IMG/VR virus record: IMGVR_UViG_3300027917_004307 | Strand: one strand, 5' to 3' | Source of the DNA: a virus | Lineage: Duplodnaviria > Heunggongvirae > Uroviricota > Caudoviricetes | DNA: 41,103 nucleotides | In this document: positions 34,048-41,103 of the stretch, in pieces | How the letters are laid out: each line of letters starts with the position of its first letter | Position numbering within the stretch: the first letter of the stretch is position 1 | The notes under the pieces: generated by a model | Databases searched by the model: none | Told to the model about the DNA's origin: nothing | What the model saw: only the letters and a program-made list of their open reading frames with translations | Made by a program: the position numbers and the translations under genes

Positions 34048-35491
34048 AAAGAAACAAAAAGAACTTGATTTCATGAACGATCCACGGTACCATTACCAAA
34101 GGTCGCATGTGTCTGATGTCGTTGGAACGATCGATATTGATCGTTATCTCAAATGGTGTAAAGACAATGGATTCAAGGCTACCATATACAAAAGTTGGTT
34201 TGACATGAAGAAGGAAAAGTTGTACATCGCCAGAAAGAAATGCGACGAAAAACTGTTGGCCAGAAGGAAATTCAAGAATCCAAGGAAAGCACTGGATCTC
34301 GTGTTCGACTCAGACATCGTCGGCGCTGACGCGGCGTACAAAAATTTATACTCTAGAATAAAAACACTCAACAAGAAAGACAAAACCAAGTTCAAAAAGC
34401 TTATTACACATATCTACAAACATTCTGATATCCTCAAAGACCCGCCGTTGATAACGGGACTCCTGAACATCATGAAGTGGGAGCCTTATTACATAAATCG
34501 CCCAACGGAGTGGATGCCTAAGACACATAACACAAGAAGACAATTTTCTGATTTGCTTAGGCATTCTTTCTGCAAATACGATGTGCCAAAATTCATGGAC
34601 GAGGTGTGGTTCTCCGAATATGACGGAGCAATAGCCGGAGCAATAGCTGCTGAACTCAAGAGGGAATGGTTCATTTTCATTGGCCAGGGAGGAAATCTTA
34701 GGAAGGCTAGGAAACTACCATTCGAGGTGACGAAGAAGATCGCGCATTATTTTATGCAGGCTCCTGGCAATTTTTCAGTTGAAAACGCACTAATATGGGG
34801 AGTCGTGCACAGCATGGGCGGCGACAAACGAACCGTCGAGGGCATCCTCAGCACCAAAAGAAACGGACAGCTTAATCGACACAATTTCTGGGTAACGGTC
34901 TATAGATTCTTCGTCAACAACCCGATGCTAGACACAGCCCAATACAACCCAATCGTCGACTATATCGATGCCATGAAATATCAACCGCAATATGAATGGA
35001 CGGAACCAGGCATCAGAGTGGAGCGCCCGCCGATTCAGCCGAATTTTATGATGCGTGGAAGAACCGCTTTCTCGCTGTTAAGGCAAGTGGAAGCCTGGCA
35101 TAAGAAACTCGGCAAAGAGAAGAAAGGTGGGAAACTACAATGGGAGAAGAGTAAGTATAATGGATTTGAGTGCCAGACCGGTGAAAGAAGGAACGTCAAA
35201 ATTTGGACTATCAACGAATTGTTGTCAAGCGATGAGCTAATACAAGAAGGGAAAACAATGCGGCATTGCGTGGCGTCTTACGCTCGTTCCTGCCAGAGCC
35301 AAAGGGTCAGCATTTGGTCGATGAAGGTAGATACATGGGAAGGCAAGAAGAACGTACTGACCATCGAAGTCAGAGATGGAACAATCATGCAGGCCCGTGG
35401 CAAGAGAAACGAAAGACCCACAGAGGAAGCCAAGAACATCATAAAAAAGTGGAAGAAAACCCAAGGTCTCGGAATCAGTTCTTATATTTAA
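34040..35491 (+). CDS. PcfJ-domain protein
   Basis: C-terminal ELIQEGKTMRHCVASY...SIWSM...LTIEV..GTIMQARGKRN is the PcfJ-like signature. Confidence 0.85.
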   Translation: MTKKKQKELDFMNDPRYHYQRSHVSDVVGTIDIDRYLKWCKDNGFKATIYKSWFDMKKEKLYIARKKCDEKLLARRKFKNPRKALDLVFDSDIVGADAAYKNLYSRIKTLNKKDKTKFKKLITHIYKHSDILKDPPLITGLLNIMKWEPYYINRPTEWMPKTHNTRRQFSDLLRHSFCKYDVPKFMDEVWFSEYDGAIAGAIAAELKREWFIFIGQGGNLRKARKLPFEVTKKIAHYFMQAPGNFSVENALIWGVVHSMGGDKRTVEGILSTKRNGQLNRHNFWVTVYRFFVNNPMLDTAQYNPIVDYIDAMKYQPQYEWTEPGIRVERPPIQPNFMMRGRTAFSLLRQVEAWHKKLGKEKKGGKLQWEKSKYNGFECQTGERRNVKIWTINELLSSDELIQEGKTMRHCVASYARSCQSQRVSIWSMKVDTWEGKKNVLTIEVRDGTIMQARGKRNERPTEEAKNIIKKWKKTQGLGISSYI

Positions 35492-37131
35492 AACATATTC
35501 ACAAGTACAGACGTTGTGAAAACCGAATCGTCATAATCAACTACTTCGCCATCTTTCACGATGACATAATATAGAGTATTGTCTGGCGGCACACCAAGCT
35601 TTGGGTAAAAATGCTCACCACCGAATGCTGCGTCTTCATCGTGCGCAATAGGGGTGAAGTAAAATAATGCCTTAAAATTATTTGGGAAGTCGTAATTATG
35701 CCTAATGGTATTCAAAAAATCGGTTAACCCAGATGGTGGCTCACCGTCTCTGGTGCGCTCAAATGCCGAAGCAAACTCTTCTCTATATAATTTGTTGAGA
35801 TCAGCTGTAGCATAGTCTAAACTAGTGAGCACACTAGTTAGCTTTGTCACCAACCCAGACTGCCCTTGGGCATGCAGAAACTCACGAGGTGTAAATGACG
35901 TACCCTTTGGTGCGTCAAGCACATCTTCCATTTCTCTTTGTCTATATTCTCTGTATCTATACGTCTTTTGAGCTATATCCTTGGCTTCGTCCTCTCTGTC
36001 CTTGTAATTATCGTACGTAAATCTGATATCAAAATGCTTGACTTCTTCTTTTTCACCAGTAACTATCGTCATAAGTATCGTAAATACCGATGGATCCTTG
36101 AAAACAAGAGGAAAGTGAATATACCACGGTTCATTACTATTTGGTGGTTCCGGATATGGTGCTACTTTAACAACCGTGGCATCCCCTTCTTCGTCATCGC
36201 CGTATGCGTCAGAGTATGCCATACCATACATCTTGTCCCTGATGCCCGTCTCAAATCCTAGTTGCCCTTTGCTCTTAATCCAATCTCTAGCTATGCCTTC
36301 TAAGTTGTTTGTAGTATCTTCACCATATGCTTCGTCTTCTGGCATTGCTTTGAATCTAACATCACCAGTTGCCGGATTTATAAACATAAATTTTCTTATC
36401 ATTATCCTGGCGGTTGGATCTTGGATACCTTGCTCCGGATGGATTCCATTTTTCCTAAGAACATCTTTCTTAACAAGATACATTATGAAACCACCACACA
36501 TTATTTCATACCATGCCTTGGTTGCTTCTCTTATATTAGTACATGATGTCCACCCTCGGTCTTCGCTCATCCTTAGAATATCAACTGGGCTTTTGGAGAC
36601 TATAACCCAATAATCATTTGGGTTGACAATTTCTCTGTGCTCAAAATCATCTGCCATCCGTTGTAGGTGCTCTTGATAATTTTCGTAGTTTATACCTTCC
36701 ATTTCACCATCAACAAATTTTCCGCCATATTTGTCTACATACCCATATGTGAATAAATTCTTTTCATGTGGCTTCTTAGCTTTTCTCAGTATTTTACCGA
36801 TTCTTAGCAGATTGCCTCTATAGTTAACATAACCCTTAATAAGATCAACACCACCAAGCCCAACAGCATATTCAAGTGTGTCTTCCAGCCTCTCCAACCA
36901 AATAGTTCTTTCGACAGCTGGTTCGGCATCAAACTCCTTTATTAAAACCCTATCTTCATCAATCTTATTTGGATCATTCTCAAACCATTCATCAAAGACA
37001 GACTGATCGCGTGCTAGCCTATAGAGGGTGTGAAGCTCTTCCTTGCTGAGATCCTCAAGGATAGGGTCAACAAGAAAGCTGACGTATTCTGGGTCAACCA
37101 TCTCCCTTATATTTTCCAGAAAGTATTTCAA
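35488..37131 (-). CDS. Hypothetical phage protein (547 aa); start may be 37101
   Basis: Long ORF opposite to the array; VSKSPVDILRMSEDRGWTSC and PTARIMIRKF look like conserved motifs; stop overlaps the PcfJ stop (TTAA). Confidence 0.75.
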   Translation of the reverse strand: MKYFLENIREMVDPEYVSFLVDPILEDLSKEELHTLYRLARDQSVFDEWFENDPNKIDEDRVLIKEFDAEPAVERTIWLERLEDTLEYAVGLGGVDLIKGYVNYRGNLLRIGKILRKAKKPHEKNLFTYGYVDKYGGKFVDGEMEGINYENYQEHLQRMADDFEHREIVNPNDYWVIVSKSPVDILRMSEDRGWTSCTNIREATKAWYEIMCGGFIMYLVKKDVLRKNGIHPEQGIQDPTARIMIRKFMFINPATGDVRFKAMPEDEAYGEDTTNNLEGIARDWIKSKGQLGFETGIRDKMYGMAYSDAYGDDEEGDATVVKVAPYPEPPNSNEPWYIHFPLVFKDPSVFTILMTIVTGEKEEVKHFDIRFTYDNYKDREDEAKDIAQKTYRYREYRQREMEDVLDAPKGTSFTPREFLHAQGQSGLVTKLTSVLTSLDYATADLNKLYREEFASAFERTRDGEPPSGLTDFLNTIRHNYDFPNNFKALFYFTPIAHDEDAAFGGEHFYPKLGVPPDNTLYYVIVKDGEVVDYDDSVFTTSVLVNMF

Positions 37132-37136
37132 TAAAT

Positions 37137-37496
37137 ATGGAGATACATGACTTAATTGCTGAAGCGTTAAAGGATTTAGGCCACACAGAGATTCTAAAGA
37201 GTGGAAAGATTAGAGTCACTACTGGTATAGGATCTGCCAGATTCAAAATAACCGATATGAAATTCACGTGCTGTTCAGCAACTACTGACGCTGGCAATAC
37301 ACTTGAAATAGATCTGCATGAACCAGACAGCATAAGAAAAGTCGCAATAATGGTACTAAAATGTTTACATCGTCGTCATGCTTGGGATATCTATTACTTG
37401 CCATGCTCATCATGCCCATTTAATCTAGAATCTAAAAATGGGCCAGTGATCGCATCACCAGAAAGACACCTTAGAAATAATCCAAATAAATTATGA
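37137..37496 (+). CDS. Lx(D/E/N)P paralogue family protein
   Basis: LIAEALKDLGH...IDLHEPDSI, C-terminal CSSCP. Confidence 0.75.
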   Translation: MEIHDLIAEALKDLGHTEILKSGKIRVTTGIGSARFKITDMKFTCCSATTDAGNTLEIDLHEPDSIRKVAIMVLKCLHRRHAWDIYYLPCSSCPFNLESKNGPVIASPERHLRNNPNKL

Positions 37497-37813
37497 AAGA
37501 CATAGAAATAATTGTGCTGGCCATAAACAAAATGGGTTACAGAATACGCAGTACAACCCGAAACAGTAGCAACGACGACATTGTAGTGTCGCTCGAAGGC
37601 TTCAATGACGAAACTGAATATAGGTTTGTTTCAATCACAGTTAGAGGTTCAAGACTCAGGCTATCTAACTGCCAATACGAAATAGACCTGTGTGACCCTG
37701 ATAGCCTTAGGCTCCTAAACAAAGCAATCGACTATCATGGAACATTGCCTAAAAATTATTCGTGCAGCAAATGCCCGTTAAATATTTATTTGATTGGCAC
37801 TACGTTCATGTAA
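37493..37813 (+). CDS. Lx(D/E/N)P paralogue family protein
   Basis: IVLAINKMGY...IDLCDPDSL, C-terminal CSKCP. Confidence 0.75.
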   Translation: MKDIEIIVLAINKMGYRIRSTTRNSSNDDIVVSLEGFNDETEYRFVSITVRGSRLRLSNCQYEIDLCDPDSLRLLNKAIDYHGTLPKNYSCSKCPLNIYLIGTTFM

Positions 37814-37815
37814 AT

Positions 37816-37887
37816 GCGGCTATGGTGTAATGGTAACACGTCGGTCTGCCAGTCCGGAGATGCTGAGTTCGATTCTCGCTAGCCGCT
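37816..37887 (+). tRNA. tRNA-Gly(GCC), no encoded CCA
   Basis: GCGGCTA/TAGCCGC, U73; loop CT GCC AG; imperfect anticodon and T stems. Confidence 0.8.
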
Positions 37888-37890
37888 TAA

Positions 37891-37960
37891 GGTCAGAGAT
37901 CCGGGTTCAAATCCCGGCGGTACCGGCCATACTGTAGCTTAACTTGGTAGAGCGCTGGCC
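37891..37960 (+). ncRNA. Minimal circularly permuted tRNA mimic Y5
   Basis: GGTCAG - CCGGG TTCAAAT CCCGG - CGGTA/CCGGCCA loop/TACTG - GCTT AACTTGGTA GAGC - CTGGCC. Confidence 0.75.
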
Positions 37961-37964
37961 ACGA

Positions 37965-38038
37965 GTCCCTGTGGTGTAACGGTAGCACGGCACTCTGATA
38001 AGGTGTAGGCGAAGGTTCAACTCCTTCCAGGGGCACCA
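37965..38038 (+). tRNA. tRNA-Ile(GAT)
   Basis: GTCCCTG/CAGGGGC; GCACT-CT GAT AA-GGTGT; CCA. Confidence 0.9.
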
Positions 38039-38350
38039 ATGAACGAATGTGAAATGATAGCAAAAGAGCTACGAATCCATGGCGTCAAAGCGTTCTATAA
38101 CGACGAACATATGTTTGGGATAATCAAACCGCACACGCCAATGTATAGCAGTAGCAAATACGGAGATAGTGGCTTCGGGAGGTTGGTCACATTCACGGTT
38201 AAGGATGGGATAATAATCTGCTCAGATAAAGACCGGATTTATAATTTACACGAACCAAGATCATTGGGTCAGCTCATAAAGTCAATCAAGTTGTGTGAAC
38301 AAAGGACAAGTTGCCATCAAAAATGCGAGTTTAAAAGCCGAAATATGTGA
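38039..38350 (+). CDS. Lx(D/E/N)P paralogue family protein
   Basis: ATG immediately after CCA; IAKELRIHGV...YNLHEPRSL. Confidence 0.75.
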   Translation: MNECEMIAKELRIHGVKAFYNDEHMFGIIKPHTPMYSSSKYGDSGFGRLVTFTVKDGIIICSDKDRIYNLHEPRSLGQLIKSIKLCEQRTSCHQKCEFKSRNM

Positions 38351-38624
38351 AATCTTGGAGAAGTCGCTTATATACCACGGCTTTGTCGTCGTATGGAGTG
38401 ACAACAGCCTCGGGCCCTATATAATTTATAAGCAACAATCATCCCTTATTGGTGGGAAAATAGTTGATTCTTTCCCGCATGGCACGGTGCACATAATTAT
38501 TGATAATTTAGTGTTAAATAGATTCCCATCCAACCACACAGTGCCAGCAAAAATACCACTTGCCGATCCGGATTGCTTCAATAAAGCAGTTGAATTTATA
38601 GTATTTGACAGGTTGCGATTGTAG
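38295..38624 (+). CDS. Lx(D/E/N)P paralogue family protein; start uncertain
   Basis: ILEKSLIYHGF...IPLADPDCF. Confidence 0.65.
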   Translation: MNKGQVAIKNASLKAEICEILEKSLIYHGFVVVWSDNSLGPYIIYKQQSSLIGGKIVDSFPHGTVHIIIDNLVLNRFPSNHTVPAKIPLADPDCFNKAVEFIVFDRLRL

Positions 38625-38688
38625 TTCAATGGTAGAACATGAGCTTCCCACGCTCAAGACGGCGGTTCGATTCCGCTCAGTCGCTTCA
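38615..38688 (+). tRNA. tRNA-Gly(CCC), 3' end TCA
   Basis: GCGATTG/CAGTCGC, U73; TGAGC-TT CCC AC-GCTCA. Confidence 0.9.
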
Positions 38689-38763
38689 GGTGGCTGTAGC
38701 TCAGTGGTAGAGCGTCGGGTTGTGGCCCCGAAGACGGCGGTTCGATTCCGCTCAGTCGCCCCA
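38689..38763 (+). tRNA. tRNA-His(GTG) with encoded G-1
   Basis: G-1:C73; TCGGG-TT GTG GC-CCCGA; CCA. Confidence 0.93.
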
Positions 38764-38790
38764 GATGATTAGTGAAAACTTTCTATTTGA

Positions 38791-38877
38791 TTGCAGAGAA
38801 GACGCACAAAGCTGAATCTTTATGACCCAGAATCATTACCACACTTATTGAGAGCAATTAAGAATGGCAATCGATGA
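38791..38877 (+). pseudogene. C-terminal remnant of the paralogue family
   Basis: Own translation LQRRRTKLNLYDPESLPHLLRAIKNGNR*, with an in-frame stop at 38788-90. Confidence 0.55.
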
Positions 38878-39250
38878 TGGTTATATAATTTATGGCAACA
38901 AAACCATTATATGCAACAGTACTAAAACACCGAATTATACGGTTTCCCAGTTATACAAATGGTTGTCACACACGTGGAATGATGACAACGCATTAAGCAG
39001 GCAAGAAGTAGCTAGTTTGATAACCGCATGGTTGTCAGAGAAAGGCTATAATGTTAGAGTTGACAGCCAATGTGGCTGGTCGTTAAACATTGTCAATGGA
39101 AACAACAAAGCGAATTTGTATGTCGAGTCAAACGCTGTGACGATAGAAGTCGATACATATAATAAGATCAAAAGCTATAATCTATATAATCCAGATAGCC
39201 TGCAGAAAATATTAGAGCATATAAGTGTTCTCGGAAGCGGCATGAAGTAG
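38864..39250 (+). CDS. Lx(D/E/N)P paralogue family protein with N-terminal extension
   Basis: LITAWLSEKGY...YNLYNPDSL. Confidence 0.75.
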   Translation: MAIDDGYIIYGNKTIICNSTKTPNYTVSQLYKWLSHTWNDDNALSRQEVASLITAWLSEKGYNVRVDSQCGWSLNIVNGNNKANLYVESNAVTIEVDTYNKIKSYNLYNPDSLQKILEHISVLGSGMK

Positions 39251-39268
39251 TGGTTGAGGACGGCTCCA

Positions 39269-39346
39269 CGGGCCTTAGTGAAGTTTGGTTATCACGCCAC
39301 ATTTGGGATGTGGAGAGCGCGGGTTCGACTCCCGCAGGCCCGATCA
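39269..39346 (+). tRNA. tRNA-Pro(TGG), 3' end TCA
   Basis: CGGGCCT/AGGCCCG; CCACA-TT TGG GA-TGTGG. Confidence 0.92.
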
Positions 39347-39349
39347 ATC

Positions 39350-39423
39350 CGCGCCGTGGCCTAATTTGCTAAGGCACCCGGTTCGGGTCCGGGGGATTGC
39401 TGGTTGGAATCCAGTCGGCGCGA
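39350..39423 (+). tRNA. tRNA-Pro(CGG) with C19-G56 swap, no encoded CCA
   Basis: CGCGCCG/CGGCGCG; CCCGG-TT CGG GT-CCGGG; D-loop TGCTA, T-loop TTGGAAT. Confidence 0.88.
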
Positions 39424-39500
39424 TTAGTAGGAGAGACGGCAATGAAACCGCTCAGAAATGTCCAACAGCCCTGAATAATTGCCACAATGACAACCTAATC

Positions 39501-39576
39501 GCCCCCGTAACTCAATGCACAGAGTAACCGGCTTCTATCCGGTAAGTTGCAGGTTGAAATCCTGCCGGGGGTACCA
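39501..39576 (+). tRNA. tRNA-Arg(TCT) with C19-G56 swap
   Basis: ACCGG-CT TCT AT-CCGGT; D-loop ATGCACA, T-loop TTGAAAT; CCA. Confidence 0.9.
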
Positions 39577-39593
39577 GAAATGACGGTCGAATA

Positions 39594-39995
39594 TTGCATT
39601 TGAATGTGCGGTCAATGGTTTGGAATAATGGGAAATTCTTGACTTCTTCACCTACGAAGTATGCTTCCCTTGGCTTTAAATTTACATTGGCAGAAGAACA
39701 CAAGCTAATAACAACTGTGCTGCATGAATTGCAAAATCATTTGCGTACATCTTTACCACTCGGCTACCAATTCTGCTACATCGTAAAGCACGCAGATGAG
39801 TCCTGGTTTGAAATGTTTTGTGTAGTAAGAACAGATTACAACCATCACTGGCGAGTGCGTATCACAATCAGCGGCAATATTATCATAGAGATGGATGGCA
39901 CACGGACGTACAAATCGACCATAGCCAATCCAAATTGCTTTGAAGAGATAACTGAACTAATCTGCCATAATGAAGCCAAACAGCTTAGAACATAA
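39594..39995 (+). CDS. Lx(D/E/N)P paralogue family protein; start uncertain
   Basis: C-terminal STIANPNCFEEI. Confidence 0.6.
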   Translation: MHLNVRSMVWNNGKFLTSSPTKYASLGFKFTLAEEHKLITTVLHELQNHLRTSLPLGYQFCYIVKHADESWFEMFCVVRTDYNHHWRVRITISGNIIIEMDGTRTYKSTIANPNCFEEITELICHNEAKQLRT

Positions 39996-40218
39996 AATCA
40001 TGGTCGAAGCAGCGTTGAATATCCGAGATTTACTCGAAGTATGCTTGCCAGAAAATTTTGAATGCGGCCAAATCCACAGCCGCACGGGTCGCTGCGGATA
40101 CGTTAAATTCATGGTGATACCAGACGTAAATTTCGGCGGTGGATATATGGTTGTAATAAAAGATGGCGTCATAAACGTGTATTTCGGGGAGAGGCATGCA
40201 TTACCAACAGCAGCATGA
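39970..40218 (+). CDS. Hypothetical phage protein, probably truncated at the junction
   Basis: Final residues (RHALPTAA) are read from the antisense strand of the bacterial gene. Confidence 0.45.
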   Translation: MKPNSLEHKIMVEAALNIRDLLEVCLPENFECGQIHSRTGRCGYVKFMVIPDVNFGGGYMVVIKDGVINVYFGERHALPTAA

Positions 40219-40495
40219 ACCCGTAAAAAATCAACATGTGCGCCAACCAACGGAAAAAGGATTCTTTCAAAATTCGGTGTTGCAGCAAGACATCCAACAG
40301 GAAGGCGTTTAGAAGCGGGAGTATCCTCGGGCTGAAAATTACTTGAATAATGCCCTGGGCGGCGGACACCACTCGTTGAGACGTTTTGATGTTTTTCCCT
40401 AAGATACCGATATTCTTTGTGAACCAGGTTGAAATCTTGTAGATTAAGCCAAGGAGGAAAACAGTGAGAGCGGTAAAGAAGAGGAAATCGAACAT
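40169..40495 (-). pseudogene. 5' fragment of a NarI/DsrM-like membrane redox protein gene (anaerobe type)
   Basis: Hydrophobic N-terminus; RWLAHMLIFYGFMLLLVMH (heme-ligating His pattern); then an unrelated tail SPRNTRL. Confidence 0.65.
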
Positions 40496-40629
40496 TATTT
40501 GGCGACACCATCCTTAAGTTATTCAAACACAAGCGCATTGAAATCTTAGGAATGTCAGGCAACCGAGTTAATTTTCACACAGTAACCAATTCGTGGCCAA
40601 GGATCAAATTAGAATCTTCAGTGGCGTCC

Positions 40630-41103
40630 TTATCGATCGGACTGAGATGCCTTATTAGCCCAATCTTTTTCAATTTCTTTTTTCCATTTCGGGCTACGTT
40701 TACGTTTTTCCGCTTTTTGGATCACTTCCGGAATCATCTGAAGCAACCGTTGCTTATCAACCGGTTTATCTAAAAAAGCGTCCGGGCTGAAATAATCATG
40801 GTCCGGCCATTGGCGGTAATTGATGTTTAACTCCTCTCCTATGGCGGAAACGCCAATGATAGGAATATCCTTAAGATCATCATTGGATCGTACTTGCTTG
40901 CAAACCTCAAAACCAGAGAACAGCGTCTCCATCATGATATCGAGCATGATCAAGTCGGGACGCTCTTTTCGGATTAATTCCAATCCTTTTTGACCTTCAT
41001 CGGCCGTCAATACCTCAAAGCCATTTCTTTTTAGAAATGTTTCCATCGTAAAAAGGAAATCGGTATTGTCATCGACTATTACGATTTTGAGGCTCTTTTT
41101 CAT
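40630..41103 (-). CDS. Response regulator receiver-domain protein (bacterial)
   Basis: IVDD, LDIMM (phospho-Asp), GVS, KP motifs; start at the window edge. Confidence 0.92.
   Translation of the reverse strand: MKKSLKIVIVDDNTDFLFTMETFLKRNGFEVLTADEGQKGLELIRKERPDLIMLDIMMETLFSGFEVCKQVRSNDDLKDIPIIGVSAIGEELNINYRQWPDHDYFSPDAFLDKPVDKQRLLQMIPEVIQKAEKRKRSPKWKKEIEKDWANKASQSDR

Noticed and set aside
30319-37960. Permuted modules as genuine split tRNA genes yielding decoding tRNAs
   Set aside because: Flanks do not reconstruct a consistent U33-anticodon loop, and acceptor ends lack discriminator/CCA logic, so a mimic is more likely.
1-40195. Stop-codon reassignment
   Set aside because: Long ORFs are intact in the standard code, TAG/TGA/TAA all end genes at sensible boundaries, and no suppressor tRNA was found in this window.
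40555-40575. Sigma54 promoter upstream of the membrane-redox gene
   Set aside because: Minus-strand TGGCCACGAATTGGT lacks the -12 GC at the required spacing.
40195-41103. Using the bacterial segment to assign the phage host, or calling it a prophage att site
   Set aside because: Mid-gene break on both sides, no att repeat or integrase; chimera not excluded.

Overview
Positions 1-~40195 are part of a large T4-like contractile-tailed (myovirus, probably jumbo) phage genome. (1) 1-26967, minus strand: a neck/tail/baseplate operon with gp13-, gp14- and gp15-like neck genes, a 959-aa sheath, two tubes, a gp26/gp51-like chaperone pair, an embedded primase, hub, tape measure, gp53, gp5-like spike, gp25 and gp6-like wedge. 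(2) 26981-~40195, mostly plus strand: an HKD/PLD nuclease and small ORFs, then a ~10-kb RNA-rich array. The array holds 18 recognisable tRNAs interleaved with a family of ~100-130-aa paralogues and a PcfJ-like gene, plus many non-tRNA structured RNAs. These include a ~189-nt RNase P RNA with the whole catalytic core but almost no specificity domain, six circularly permuted YrlA-like tRNA mimics, a 151-nt alanine-identity tRNA-like RNA with a multibranch domain in place of the anticodon loop, and four further unassigned folds. A likely +1/-2 frameshift joins the gp26- and gp51-like ORFs. (3) ~40195-41103: bacterial-looking DNA (truncated NarI/DsrM-like membrane gene, receiver-domain gene) joined mid-gene to the phage DNA, possibly an assembly chimera. 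All calls are by-eye motif recognition and hand folding; no database search or folding software was run.
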